A DNA stretch of 64,000 nt from positions 11,633-75,632 of the forward strand of contig DATGWQ010000075.1 of NCBI GenBank assembly GCA_035299385.1, in the 5' to 3' direction. The notes beneath the pieces were generated by a model that searched no databases, was not told where the DNA came from, and saw nothing but the letters and a program-made list of their open reading frames with translations. Source of the stretch: Bacteroidales bacterium (GTDB taxonomy: Bacteria; Bacteroidota; Bacteroidia; Bacteroidales; VadinHA17). A program made the translations under genes and the position numbers. Numbering within the stretch: position 1 is the stretch's first letter; the number at the start of each line of letters is the position of its first letter. Positions 19,891-28,614 of this stretch are shown piece by piece.

Positions 19891-20904
19891 ATGGGTTCAT
19901 ATTTCGAAAAATCAGGTGACAGGCTTCAATGCCTGGTTTGTCCTCACAACTGCAGGATAGCAGAAGGAAAGACGGGAATATGCGGTGTAAGAAAGAACAA
20001 CGGGGAAGAGATAGAACTGATAACGTATGGCGTCATATCAGGTTACTCGGCCGATCCTGTTGAAAAGAAACCATTATATCATTTTTTTCCGGGGTATAAG
20101 ATATTGTCAATCGGTTCTTATGGCTGCAACATGAGGTGCGATTTCTGCCAGAATTATCAAATCTCGCAAACTGTTCCTAAATCTGGGCACGATGACATGC
20201 CGCCTGAGGAAATTGTGTCCGCAGCCCTGCGTACTCCAAAAAATATCGGAATAGCTTTTACATATAATGAACCGACCATATGGTTCGAATTCATAAGGGA
20301 TGTGTCCATCTCAGCTCGGAATGCAGGACTAAATACAGTTGTTGTCAGCAATGGCTATGTAAACCCGGAGCCTTTGAAAGAGATAACAGGCTTCATTGAT
20401 GCGTTCAATATAGACCTGAAGTCGTTCAATGACAATTCATACAGGACACTCACAGGGGCACACCTTGAACCTGTGCTGAATTCTTTGAAGATAATTGCAG
20501 GATCAGGAAAGCACCTCGAAGTCACATCCCTGATAATCCCAGGGCACAACGACAATCTTGGAGAAATGGAGAAACAGTCAGAATGGATTGCCGGGGAGCT
20601 GGGGAAAGATGTGCCCCTTCACCTGAGCAGGTATTACCCGATGTACAAGCGTGATGATCCTGCGACATCGACTGAGACGCTTCTCAGGCTTTATGAGAAA
20701 GCTTCGGAGAAGCTTGATTTTGTATATATGGGAAACCTGCATTCAGGCGAAGGACAGGATACAAAATGTCCATCCTGTGGAACTGTTGTCACGCAGAGAT
20801 CGGGTTACAGCACGACCCTGAAAAATATTGATGAAGGGAAATGCACCGGTTGCGGCACCCTGATCTATAAGTATTTCACTTTTTCTTTGGCGCAAGAGCG
20901 CTGA
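19891..20904 (+). CDS. AmmeMemoRadiSam-system radical SAM enzyme (PflA-like activase fold)
   Basis: 337-aa ORF. N-terminal Cys cluster LQCLVCPHNCRIAEGKTGICGVR. Radical-SAM CNMRCDFCQN (CxxxCxxC). C-terminal CPSCG..CTGCG zinc-ribbon-like pair. Confidence 0.8.
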   Translation: MGSYFEKSGDRLQCLVCPHNCRIAEGKTGICGVRKNNGEEIELITYGVISGYSADPVEKKPLYHFFPGYKILSIGSYGCNMRCDFCQNYQISQTVPKSGHDDMPPEEIVSAALRTPKNIGIAFTYNEPTIWFEFIRDVSISARNAGLNTVVVSNGYVNPEPLKEITGFIDAFNIDLKSFNDNSYRTLTGAHLEPVLNSLKIIAGSGKHLEVTSLIIPGHNDNLGEMEKQSEWIAGELGKDVPLHLSRYYPMYKRDDPATSTETLLRLYEKASEKLDFVYMGNLHSGEGQDTKCPSCGTVVTQRSGYSTTLKNIDEGKCTGCGTLIYKYFTFSLAQER

Positions 20905-21169
20905 GCCTTTCAAACAGATTATCCACTCCTGACAGAAGATCTTTATTCACGTTCCTGTAAAAAGACCTGACAATTTTCGGATTATCCTTGCCGTCGGGAT
21001 TGTTCACCCTTGCGACAAGATCGTTTCTGAGGTTGACCGCATCGTTCAGTATTGCCTTAACCTCATCATCTTTTGAATCAGGGTGAACAGCTGCAAAGGC
21101 AAAACAATCTGATATAACTTCAAACACCAGATAATCGATATCTTTCTTAAGATTTTTTATACTTGACAT
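20876..21169 (-). CDS. Hypothetical small helical protein
   Basis: 97-aa ORF in otherwise empty space. Its 3' end overlaps the convergent radical-SAM gene by 29 nt. No motif recognised. Confidence 0.4.
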   Translation of the reverse strand: MSSIKNLKKDIDYLVFEVISDCFAFAAVHPDSKDDEVKAILNDAVNLRNDLVARVNNPDGKDNPKIVRSFYRNVNKDLLSGVDNLFERLSALAPKKK

Positions 21170-21226
21170 AACAAGGGCGAATTGAATTATTAATATTCAA
21201 AGATACGAAAAAACCGTGTTTGAAAT

Positions 21227-22063
21227 TCAACTTCCGGTGCTGTTTTTGAATTGATTGATACTATCATTGACACGACTCAGATACTCATTTCTGAGCTTTT
21301 CAAATACGGGAAAACCTGAATTGAAATGCACATCGTTTATGCAGCAGAAAGGAAGAACCATGGGTGAAGTGCCCGTCATGAATACGGCATCATATTTCGC
21401 AATATCATCGGCATCTGCACACCGGAACTCCATTCTTATCCCCTGTTCCCTGCAGATTTCAAGAATGTGCTTCCGGGTTACACCCTTAAGTATCACTTCA
21501 TCGGGAGCAGTTACAAGAAGATCATCCTTAAGGAAGAAGATGTTTGACTTGCTACCTTCCGTTACCAGGTTCTCATCGTTGACAAGGAGGGCTTCATAAG
21601 CGCCTTCATTCATAAGCTCCTGGTGTATGTCAGACCTGAGCTTGTAATTGATGACTTTTGAGTGCGGATTTTTCCTTTCGGCATAAAAAAGGACCCCCTT
21701 GACTCCTTTCCTGTACTGTTCAGGGGTAGGATATATGGATTCAATATAATATGCCAGGTAATTATCATTGCCTTCATTATAATTGAAAACAAGTTTTATG
21801 TTTATCTCCTTCCTCCTGTCACTGTTCACCAGGGCAACTATGTCTTTCTTCAACTTATCAAAATCTGCAAGCGAACTGAAATGCTGGAGGGAGAGGCTGT
21901 TTTCCAGTCTTTTGAAGTGATCGTCGAAGAAGATGGGGACTCCGCCTGTAACCCGGATGACTTCGTAAACCGAATCACCTTTGTAAACCAGTGAATTGTC
22001 GAACTCTGCAGAAGGCTCCAGTTTCCCGTTGAGAATAAAGTAGTTTCCAATACATTCCTTCAT
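21227..22063 (-). CDS. Class IV aminotransferase (branched-chain/D-amino-acid aminotransferase or ADC lyase-like)
   Basis: 278-aa ORF. DSVYEVIRVTGGVPIFFDDHFKRLENS, EGSKSNIFF, ILKGVTRKHIL and FMTGT follow the fold-type IV PLP enzyme pattern. Confidence 0.75.
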   Translation of the reverse strand: MKECIGNYFILNGKLEPSAEFDNSLVYKGDSVYEVIRVTGGVPIFFDDHFKRLENSLSLQHFSSLADFDKLKKDIVALVNSDRRKEINIKLVFNYNEGNDNYLAYYIESIYPTPEQYRKGVKGVLFYAERKNPHSKVINYKLRSDIHQELMNEGAYEALLVNDENLVTEGSKSNIFFLKDDLLVTAPDEVILKGVTRKHILEICREQGIRMEFRCADADDIAKYDAVFMTGTSPMVLPFCCINDVHFNSGFPVFEKLRNEYLSRVNDSINQFKNSTGS

Positions 22064-22155
22064 CTTGACACAGGTTAAAACTCAAAATTAACAATAATGC
22101 TGATATGAATTTCTGATTATATTCACAGGCGGAATTTCTTGTGCCGCCCTGACCT

Positions 22156-23529
22156 ATGTATGCTATAATTGATATTGAAACCACCGGAGGTTCGTCGAGG
22201 CTGGAAAAGATAACCGAGATAGCCATTTACCAGCACGACGGGGAGAACATTACCGGAGAATTTGCTTCCCTTATCAACCCGGAAAGGAATATCCCTTACT
22301 TCATTACAAGCCTTACGGGAATAACAAATGAGATGGTCGAAAATGCACCGAGGTTTTATGAGGTTGCACGCAAAATTGTGGAGTTTACTGAAGGTAGGAC
22401 ATTCGTGGCACACAATGCAAGATTCGATTATTCATTTATTCGCGAGGAATTCAAATCTCTGGGTTTCAATTTCCGCCGTCCCCTGCTCGATACTGTCACT
22501 CTGAGCCGGAAACTTCTGCCCGGACACACCTCGTACAGTCTTGGAAACATATGCAAGGATCTTCATATTGTCATCAACGGCAGGCACCGGGCTGCAGGGG
22601 ATGCACTCGCAACCGTGAAGCTTTTCGAGATGCTCCTTGAAAAAGATCGTGAGCTGGCGCTCTCCGGGAAGAACATCATGAAGAGCACAAGGGTGTCGAA
22701 GCTTAATCCAAACCTCGACCTTGAAAAGCTGGAGAACATCCCGGAGGAGCCGGGAGTGTACTATTTCTACAATGACAGGCATGATCTGATCTACATCGGA
22801 AAGAGCCGCAACCTTCAGCAAAGGATCAGCACGCATCTTTCAAACAATACCACCAACAGAGCGATGGAGATGCGCGATCTCATCTCTGATATCGACTGGG
22901 AAACAACAGGAAGCGAGCTGATTGCACTACTTAAGGAATCAGCTGAGATCAAGAAGAACAAACCTGTTTATAACCGCGCCCAGAGGTCTTCGGGTTTCCA
23001 GTGGGGCATTTTCAGCTTCGTTGATGAAAAAGGATACATAAACTTCAGGTTCGGTCGTGTCATCAATCTTGATGAAATACCTGTCTCCGTCTATACTTCA
23101 AAAGAGAAGGCAAGGACAAAGCTTGCCATAATGGTCGAAAAATTCAACCTGTGCCAGAAGCTGTGCGGCTTATACGATACTGACAGTGCCTGTTTTCACC
23201 AGCAGGTCGGAATGTGCCGGGGGGCATGCTGCGGAAAAGAATCGCCGGAAGAATACAACGGGAGAGCATCAAAGGCTGCCGATGAGTTCACCTTTACGAG
23301 GAAGAACTTTTTTATCGTCGACAAGGGTCGCGAATGCGATGAGAGATGTGCCGTGAAGATCATCAACGGCAAATATGCCGGTTACGGGTATTTCAACATA
23401 AACGACATGGGATTCGGCCTCTCCGCACTTCATGAATGCATCAGGACTTCGCAGGACAACAGCGATATACATTCCATTCTCAAGCAATACCTGAGGGCAA
23501 ATAAGGTGGAGAAGATAATCGAATTCTGA
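22156..23529 (+). CDS. DnaQ-like 3'-5' exonuclease fused to GIY-YIG / UvrC-N-terminal-half (Cho-like) nuclease
   Basis: 457-aa ORF. ExoI YAIIDIETTG, ExoII FVAHNARFDYSF, ExoIII HRAAGDALAT. Then GIY-YIG (PGVYYFYNDRHDLIYIGKSRNLQQRISTH). Then a UvrC-like Cys-rich segment (CQKLCG..ACFHQQVGMCRGACCG). Confidence 0.85.
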   Translation: MYAIIDIETTGGSSRLEKITEIAIYQHDGENITGEFASLINPERNIPYFITSLTGITNEMVENAPRFYEVARKIVEFTEGRTFVAHNARFDYSFIREEFKSLGFNFRRPLLDTVTLSRKLLPGHTSYSLGNICKDLHIVINGRHRAAGDALATVKLFEMLLEKDRELALSGKNIMKSTRVSKLNPNLDLEKLENIPEEPGVYYFYNDRHDLIYIGKSRNLQQRISTHLSNNTTNRAMEMRDLISDIDWETTGSELIALLKESAEIKKNKPVYNRAQRSSGFQWGIFSFVDEKGYINFRFGRVINLDEIPVSVYTSKEKARTKLAIMVEKFNLCQKLCGLYDTDSACFHQQVGMCRGACCGKESPEEYNGRASKAADEFTFTRKNFFIVDKGRECDERCAVKIINGKYAGYGYFNINDMGFGLSALHECIRTSQDNSDIHSILKQYLRANKVEKIIEF

Positions 23530-23530
23530 C

Positions 23531-23690
23531 CTCTCCTCCTGAATCCTCCTCCTGCTTCTCACCGCCGTCCTCACCCACTGAATCCCCCTCCCGCTAAAGG
23601 GGAGGAGGACATTCGTAAACATGAATTATATTACATTTTGAATCCAGCCCCTCCCACTTTAGGGGAGGGGCCGGGGAGAGGTTTACGATC
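23531..23690. repeat. Pair of inverted GC-rich hairpin elements flanking an AT-rich core (BIME/MITE-like), between convergent genes
   Basis: Left copy in reverse orientation: CTCACCCACTGAATCCCCCTCCCgctaaaGGGGAGG. Core: ..catgaattatattacattttgaatc.. Right copy: CCCCTCCCactttaGGGGAGGGGCCGGGGAGAGGTT, with a 9-bp stem. Same family as 26848, 28699, 41384, 41580 and 58752-58957. Confidence 0.6.
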
Positions 23691-23699
23691 ACAAACAAT

Positions 23700-25760
23700 T
23701 TAATTTTCCACCGGCAAATACGAATAATTCTTACCGTAATACAGCATCTGCCCCAGGTAGTCATCAGTATATTCGACCACAATGTCGGTTATATTTCCGT
23801 TTGCATCGTATTTCGGGAAGAGATATGGGTTTACAAAACCGGTGTATGGCGCAAGGTTAAGCTTCGCATACCGGTCAAGCATCTGCTGGTGAAGCTGCGG
23901 ATCGATCTTCACACCGTAGTTTTCGACCAGGTTTTTACCTGCTTCATAGTCACCTTCCGACTTTATTCTCTGGATTTCCTTAAGCAGGTCCCCGAACAAT
24001 GCCTGCAGCTTTTTGTAATCGTTTATTTTTACATATGTTTTGCCGTCACGGTCAAAAATTTCAACGACATTGTCAGGCTTGCCCCTTTCATAAACCCATT
24101 GACAGATAAGAGCGCGGTTGCGCATGTGAGCCTCCTCAATATCCCTGCCCGGCTTGACCCGGACAATCTGCGTGAGAAGTCCGTTTCTGATATAAGTGTC
24201 GTATTCGGCTTTTGCAGCATCATCGTCAGGAATGAGTCCGAGGTCTGACAATTTCTTATCCATCATATAGTAGAGGGCAAAAAGATCAGCCCTTGCCTCC
24301 TCCAGCGTTGATGCATAATTCCTGAGTGCATTCGGGTCTGTCCCGGGAGCCAGCTTTCCGCTGGCATGCCCGACACATTCATGAAGGTCGGTGTGAAGCT
24401 CTCCTGACAAAGAACCATATTTTTTCACCCGTTCGACTTCCTCCGGGCTTGCTGCAAACTCCTCAAGAAAGCCGTTTCCCCTTGATGCGACATCATACGC
24501 ATTAGTAATATTGGCCAGCGTGACGGACTTGGAGCCGACTTCCTTTCTTATCCAGTCTGCATTGGGAAGGTTGATGCCGAGGGGTGAAGCGGGATAAACA
24601 GCTCCGCCGAGCATTGCAATGTTGATGACCTTGGCATTTATTCCGGTAACCTTCTCTTTCCGGTACTCCGGCTGAATGGGCGAATTGTCTTCAAACCACT
24701 GTGCATTTGCAGTGATGATCTTTGTCCGCTTTGTTGCCTCCGGATCAGTGTATTCGACCGAAGCTTCCCATGTTGCCTTCATCCCAAGCGGATCGTCATA
24801 ATTTTCTATGAAGCCATTTATATAATCCACAACAGGGTCGGCATCTTTCGCCCAGGCGACATTGTATTCGTCCCAGGTATGAAGGTCGCCTGTCCTGTAA
24901 TAATCTATAAGGAGTCCCAGTTCATTTTTCTGGGCATCGGTTTCCGCAACTTCCCTTGCTTTTCCGAGCCATTTGATTATGCTGTCGATAGCCTGACCGT
25001 ACTTGCCTCCCGATTTATAGACCTCTTCGGTTACCTTCCCGTTTTTCTTTGTAAGCTTTGAATTGAGGCCCGCAGAGACGGGATGCGGATCATCCTTTTT
25101 GATCTGACCTTTATAGAAATCCTCAGCTTCCTTCTCGGTGACACCTTCATAAAAGTTTACAGCAGATTCACTGACCATGTCCACTCCGGCTTTCTGCTCA
25201 ACCTTGCGGGCGAACAGCTTTTCGTCAAAAAGAACCGGGGTGAGCATATCAGCCAATTCTGATGGCGACTGGTTGCGCACAAGAGGAAGTGCCGATGAAT
25301 CGGACCCTGAAATCAGCTTTGCAAAATAATCTTCGGAGAATTCAGGTTTGAACTTATCCTGTGAATAATGGTGATGTATTCCGTTGGCAAAGAATACTTT
25401 TTTCGCATATTTCAGAAAAGCCTTGTAGTCATTTGATTCCTTGTCGCCATTGTAGGTGTTCAGGATGGTCTCTATGGTTTTCCTTATCAGAAGGTTGTAT
25501 TTGAAGTTCTGATCCCAGAATATATCCCTTCCGGACAGCGCTGCCTGGCTAAGGTAATATGCATATTCCTTTTGCCTGAGTGTCAGGGAGTCGAAATCGG
25601 GAAGCTTGTATCTGAGTACCCTTATGTCGTCGAATTGACCGACAAAATATTTGAAATCGTCCTCTTTCTCGTTCCCGGCTTGAGGTTTTTCTTCTTTACA
25701 TGATGCTGACAAGAGTGTAATCATAAGAAAAGGTATGATGAATTTTCGGAATGTTTTCAT
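23700..25760 (-). CDS. Dipeptidyl-peptidase III (M49 family zinc metallopeptidase), secreted lipoprotein form
   Basis: 686-aa ORF, lipobox LLSASC. M49 zinc motifs HECVGH (HExxGH) and EEARADLFALY (EExR[AK][DE]). Confidence 0.85.
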   Translation of the reverse strand: MKTFRKFIIPFLMITLLSASCKEEKPQAGNEKEDDFKYFVGQFDDIRVLRYKLPDFDSLTLRQKEYAYYLSQAALSGRDIFWDQNFKYNLLIRKTIETILNTYNGDKESNDYKAFLKYAKKVFFANGIHHHYSQDKFKPEFSEDYFAKLISGSDSSALPLVRNQSPSELADMLTPVLFDEKLFARKVEQKAGVDMVSESAVNFYEGVTEKEAEDFYKGQIKKDDPHPVSAGLNSKLTKKNGKVTEEVYKSGGKYGQAIDSIIKWLGKAREVAETDAQKNELGLLIDYYRTGDLHTWDEYNVAWAKDADPVVDYINGFIENYDDPLGMKATWEASVEYTDPEATKRTKIITANAQWFEDNSPIQPEYRKEKVTGINAKVINIAMLGGAVYPASPLGINLPNADWIRKEVGSKSVTLANITNAYDVASRGNGFLEEFAASPEEVERVKKYGSLSGELHTDLHECVGHASGKLAPGTDPNALRNYASTLEEARADLFALYYMMDKKLSDLGLIPDDDAAKAEYDTYIRNGLLTQIVRVKPGRDIEEAHMRNRALICQWVYERGKPDNVVEIFDRDGKTYVKINDYKKLQALFGDLLKEIQRIKSEGDYEAGKNLVENYGVKIDPQLHQQMLDRYAKLNLAPYTGFVNPYLFPKYDANGNITDIVVEYTDDYLGQMLYYGKNYSYLPVEN

Positions 25761-25835
25761 GTCAATGTATTAAAATGTTCTGTATCAACTAAGTCTAACA
25801 CCGGTATTATTTTTTGGTTCAATGAAAACCATTTA

Positions 25836-25919
25836 CACAGAGGTGCACAGAGTTGCACAGAGGTGCACAGAGGTTATACTCTGTGGTTCTCTGTGCTTCT
25901 CTGTGTTTCTCTGTGTAAC
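25836..25919. repeat. Multi-stem inverted tandem repeat: 4x CACAGAGNNN followed by 4x CTCTGTGNNN
   Basis: Reads cacagaggtg cacagagttg cacagaggtg cacagaggtt ata ctctgtggtt ctctgtgctt ctctgtgttt ctctgtgtaac. Four 7-bp stems are separated by 3x3 internal loops. It lies in a divergent intergenic region. ORF 25819..26103 is its translation artefact. Confidence 0.75.
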
Positions 25920-25956
25920 AAAAAATTAAATTATATTGCATTACATTAATAAGAAC

Positions 25957-26664
25957 ATGGAAAAAATTCTGCACTCCATCAGAGCCGAGCTTCTCAGCAA
26001 TGCTAATGAGAAGGACAGGATTTCCGGTCAGAGGTTTTTTAAGGAGGAAGTGAAGCTTTTGGGCATTAAAACTGCTGTTGTAACGGCAATCGGGAAAAAA
26101 CACTTCAACAATCTGCCGGATAAATCAAAACCATTTGTATTTCAGATCTGCGATGAGCTGCTGAAAAGCGGCGTAATGGAGGAATGTTTCATTGCCTGTG
26201 AATGGTCATATTTTGTTCATAAAGAGTATGTTCCTGAAGATATTGAAGTTTTTGGCAAATGGGTGAACACTTATGTGAATAACTGGGCTGTATGCGACAC
26301 ATTATGCAACCACTCTGCCGGTGAACTTGTTGAAATGTATCCACGGTTGATAAAGAGGCTCAGGAAATGGGCTGGAGCGCCGAACCGCTGGATGAAGCGT
26401 GCATCAGCCGTAACACTTATCATTCCTGCCAGGAAAGGATTATTCCTCAACGATATTTTTGAAATTGCCGGTATCCTGCTCATGGATAAGGACGATATGG
26501 TGCAGAAAGGTTACGGCTGGATGCTTAAAGCTGCAAGCCAGGCCCACCAGAACGAAGTATTTGACTTTGTTATGAAGCACAGATCCGTGATGCCCAGGAC
26601 AGCGCTGAGGTATGCCATTGAGAAGATGCCGGCGGAGATGAAGAAAGAGGCGATGGGGAGATAG
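25957..26664 (+). CDS. DNA alkylation repair enzyme family (AlkD/AlkC-like HEAT-repeat) protein
   Basis: ORF-track start 25936 is TTG. The first ATG at 25957 (MEKILHSIRAEL) is preferred. ..FKEEVKLLGIKT.., WAVCDTLC, NRWMKRASAVTLI and GYGWMLK resemble the DNA_alkylation family. Confidence 0.7.
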   Translation: MEKILHSIRAELLSNANEKDRISGQRFFKEEVKLLGIKTAVVTAIGKKHFNNLPDKSKPFVFQICDELLKSGVMEECFIACEWSYFVHKEYVPEDIEVFGKWVNTYVNNWAVCDTLCNHSAGELVEMYPRLIKRLRKWAGAPNRWMKRASAVTLIIPARKGLFLNDIFEIAGILLMDKDDMVQKGYGWMLKAASQAHQNEVFDFVMKHRSVMPRTALRYAIEKMPAEMKKEAMGR

Positions 26665-26806
26665 GGCGAGAGGGCGAGGGGGCGAGGGGGCGAGGGGGCG
26701 ACAGGGCGAGGGAGCGAAGGGGCGATAGGACGAGGGGGCCAAGGGGCGATAGGGCAAGAGGGCGAGGGGGCGAAAAGTCGAGGGGGCGAAGGGGCGATAG
26801 GGCGAA
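26647..26806 (+). repeat. Tandem array, about 20 units of an 8-nt G-rich repeat (AGGGGGCG consensus)
   Basis: Reads aagaggcg atggggag atagggcg agagggcg agggggcg x3 acagggcg ... atagggcg. It starts inside the last codons of the AlkD-like CDS and runs 140 nt past its stop. Minus-strand ORFs 26440..26757 and 26511..26840 (PLAPSPPR periodicity) are artefacts of it. Confidence 0.85.
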
Positions 26807-26837
26807 AGAAAGGCTTATCGAAATGATGAAGTAAAGG

Positions 26838-26882
26838 CATGCGCGAAGGAATTCCCCTCCCTGGAGGGGGCAGGGGTGGGTT
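26838..26882 (+). repeat. 45-nt conserved element, copy 1 (GCATGYGCG..GGAATTCCCCTCCCYGGAGGGGGCAGGGGTGGGTT)
   Basis: gcatgcgcgaaggaattcccctccctggagggggcaggggtgggtt. Near-identical (about 4 mismatches) direct copy at 28689-28733. Contains the small hairpin CCCCT..AGGGG plus a G-rich tail. Confidence 0.8.
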
Positions 26883-26925
26883 CCATGTGAAAATTTCTTA
26901 TTTTTATACAGCCATATTCAATGAA

Positions 26926-28614
26926 ATGAAAAGGACAGTTCTTTTGTTTTTATTGTTTGTTATCTCTTTGGTTTCAAAAAGCCAGGACAGGATCACGGGA
27001 AGGGATTTTGCAACCCGGTCCGAAGTGATCGCCAGGAACGGGATGGCTGCGACAAGCCATCCGCTGGCAACCCAAACAGCCCTCGACATCCTTAAGCGCG
27101 GCGGCAATGCCATCGATGCTGCAATAGCCGCAAATGCCGTTCTCGGCGTCGTCGAGCCGACCGGGTCGGGTATCGGCGGTGACCTTTTCGCCATTATCTG
27201 GGTTGCCGACAGGGGCAAATTGTATGGTCTGAATGCCAGCGGCAGGTCACCACGATCACTCAAGCTTGAGTATTTCAGGGATAAAGGCCTGGAATTTATT
27301 CCATCATATGGCCCCCTGCCCGTATCTGTCCCGGGTTGTGTCGACGGATGGTTCGAAATGCACGATATGTTCGGGAAGCTTCCGATGTTAGACCTGTTGC
27401 AACCTGCAATCAGCTATGCACGCGACGGATTCCCGATGACAGAGGTTATTGGCTTCACCCTTGACCGGAATACTCAACTGCTTAAGGATTATCCCAACAT
27501 CAAGGAAGTTTATATGCCAAACGGCAAATCACCGGCAAAGGGAGAGATCTTCAGGAATCCTGCACTTGCAAATACTCTTTCAAAAATAGCCAAAGGCGGA
27601 AGGAACGAATTTTACAGGGGATCGATCGCACGCGATATTGAGGCCTTCATGAAGAAACAGGGTGGATTTCTCAGCTACGATGACCTTGCGAGGCATCATT
27701 CCGAATGGATAGAGCCGGTAAGCACCAACTACAGAGGTTATGATATCTGGGAGCTGCCGCCAAACGGCCAGGGTATCGCCGCACTTCAGATACTGAACAT
27801 ACTTGAAGGATACGATATATCATCAATGGGCTTTGGCTCTGCGGAGTACATGCATGCATTCACCGAAGCAAAAAAAGTAGCCTTCGAGGACAGGGCAAAA
27901 TATTATGCAGATCCTCTCTTCAGCGAAACACCTGTAAACCAGCTCATATCAAAAAAATATGCTGCCGAGAGAAGAAAGCTGATAGATCTGAATCATGCGG
28001 CTAAGGTTTATGACGCAGGCAGAATCGAAGCCGGAAACACAATCTACATGACAGTCGCTGACAGGTTCGGCAATATGGTCTCACTAATACAGAGCAATTA
28101 TCGTGGCATGGGTTCAGGCATGTGCCCAACAGGCATGGGCTTTGTCCTGCAGGACAGGGGTGAGATGTTCTCTTTGCAGGAAGGACATAATAATGTTTAT
28201 GCTCCGGGCAAAAGGCCATTTCATACAATTATCCCAGCCTTCATCACAAAAGATGGCAAACCACTGATCAGCTTCGGTGTCATGGGCGGTGACATGCAGC
28301 CGCAGGGTCATGTTCAGGTTGTTGTAAACCTGATCGATTTCAAAATGAACCTGCAGGAAGCCGGTGATGCCCCGAGAATGTACCATACAGGCTCTTCCGA
28401 ACCTACAGGCCAGCAAATGACGAACGGCGGTATTCTCCATCTCGAAAGCGGCTTCAGGACCGATGTCATCCAGAAATTGATGTCAATGGGCCATACGATC
28501 CAATGGGACCTGGGTGATTACGGTGGTTACCAGGCTATTATGTGGGACGAAAAGAATAAGGTCTATTTCGGCGCCTCAGAGTCGAGGAAAGATGGCCAGG
28601 CGGCGGGGTATTGA
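26926..28614 (+). CDS. ggt: Gamma-glutamyltransferase (Ntn-hydrolase), secreted
   Basis: The ORF opens at 26839, but its first 29 codons translate the repeat element (PLPGGGRGGF). The likely start is MKRTVLLFLLF at 26926, with a signal peptide. GGT hallmarks: GMAATSHPLATQ, GGNAIDAA, TGSGIGGD, autoprocessing region GNTIYMTVADRFGNMVSLIQS, and MGGDMQPQGHVQ. Confidence 0.9.
   Translation: MKRTVLLFLLFVISLVSKSQDRITGRDFATRSEVIARNGMAATSHPLATQTALDILKRGGNAIDAAIAANAVLGVVEPTGSGIGGDLFAIIWVADRGKLYGLNASGRSPRSLKLEYFRDKGLEFIPSYGPLPVSVPGCVDGWFEMHDMFGKLPMLDLLQPAISYARDGFPMTEVIGFTLDRNTQLLKDYPNIKEVYMPNGKSPAKGEIFRNPALANTLSKIAKGGRNEFYRGSIARDIEAFMKKQGGFLSYDDLARHHSEWIEPVSTNYRGYDIWELPPNGQGIAALQILNILEGYDISSMGFGSAEYMHAFTEAKKVAFEDRAKYYADPLFSETPVNQLISKKYAAERRKLIDLNHAAKVYDAGRIEAGNTIYMTVADRFGNMVSLIQSNYRGMGSGMCPTGMGFVLQDRGEMFSLQEGHNNVYAPGKRPFHTIIPAFITKDGKPLISFGVMGGDMQPQGHVQVVVNLIDFKMNLQEAGDAPRMYHTGSSEPTGQQMTNGGILHLESGFRTDVIQKLMSMGHTIQWDLGDYGGYQAIMWDEKNKVYFGASESRKDGQAAGY

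Noticed and set aside
25819-26103. Minus-strand ORF 25819..26103 (..EKHREAQRTTEYNLCAPLCNSVHLCV..)
   Set aside because: Its C-terminal half is the translation of the CACAGAG/CTCTGTG repeat, and it overlaps the AlkD-like gene start. This is a typical repeat-derived false ORF.
26440-26840. Minus-strand ORFs 26440..26757 and 26511..26840, encoding Pro/Ala/Ser-rich periodic peptides (RPLAPSPP..)
   Set aside because: They are the translation of the 8-nt tandem array, so the periodicity is 24 nt or 8 aa. They lack any start context and overlap the AlkD-like gene end. I treat them as repeat artefacts, not genes.
26839-26925. N-terminal extension of ggt (MREGIPLPGGGRGGFHVKISYFY..) given by the longest ORF
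   Set aside because: The extension translates the conserved 45-nt hairpin element. A canonical signal peptide starts at the internal Met (26926). The shorter start was adopted.
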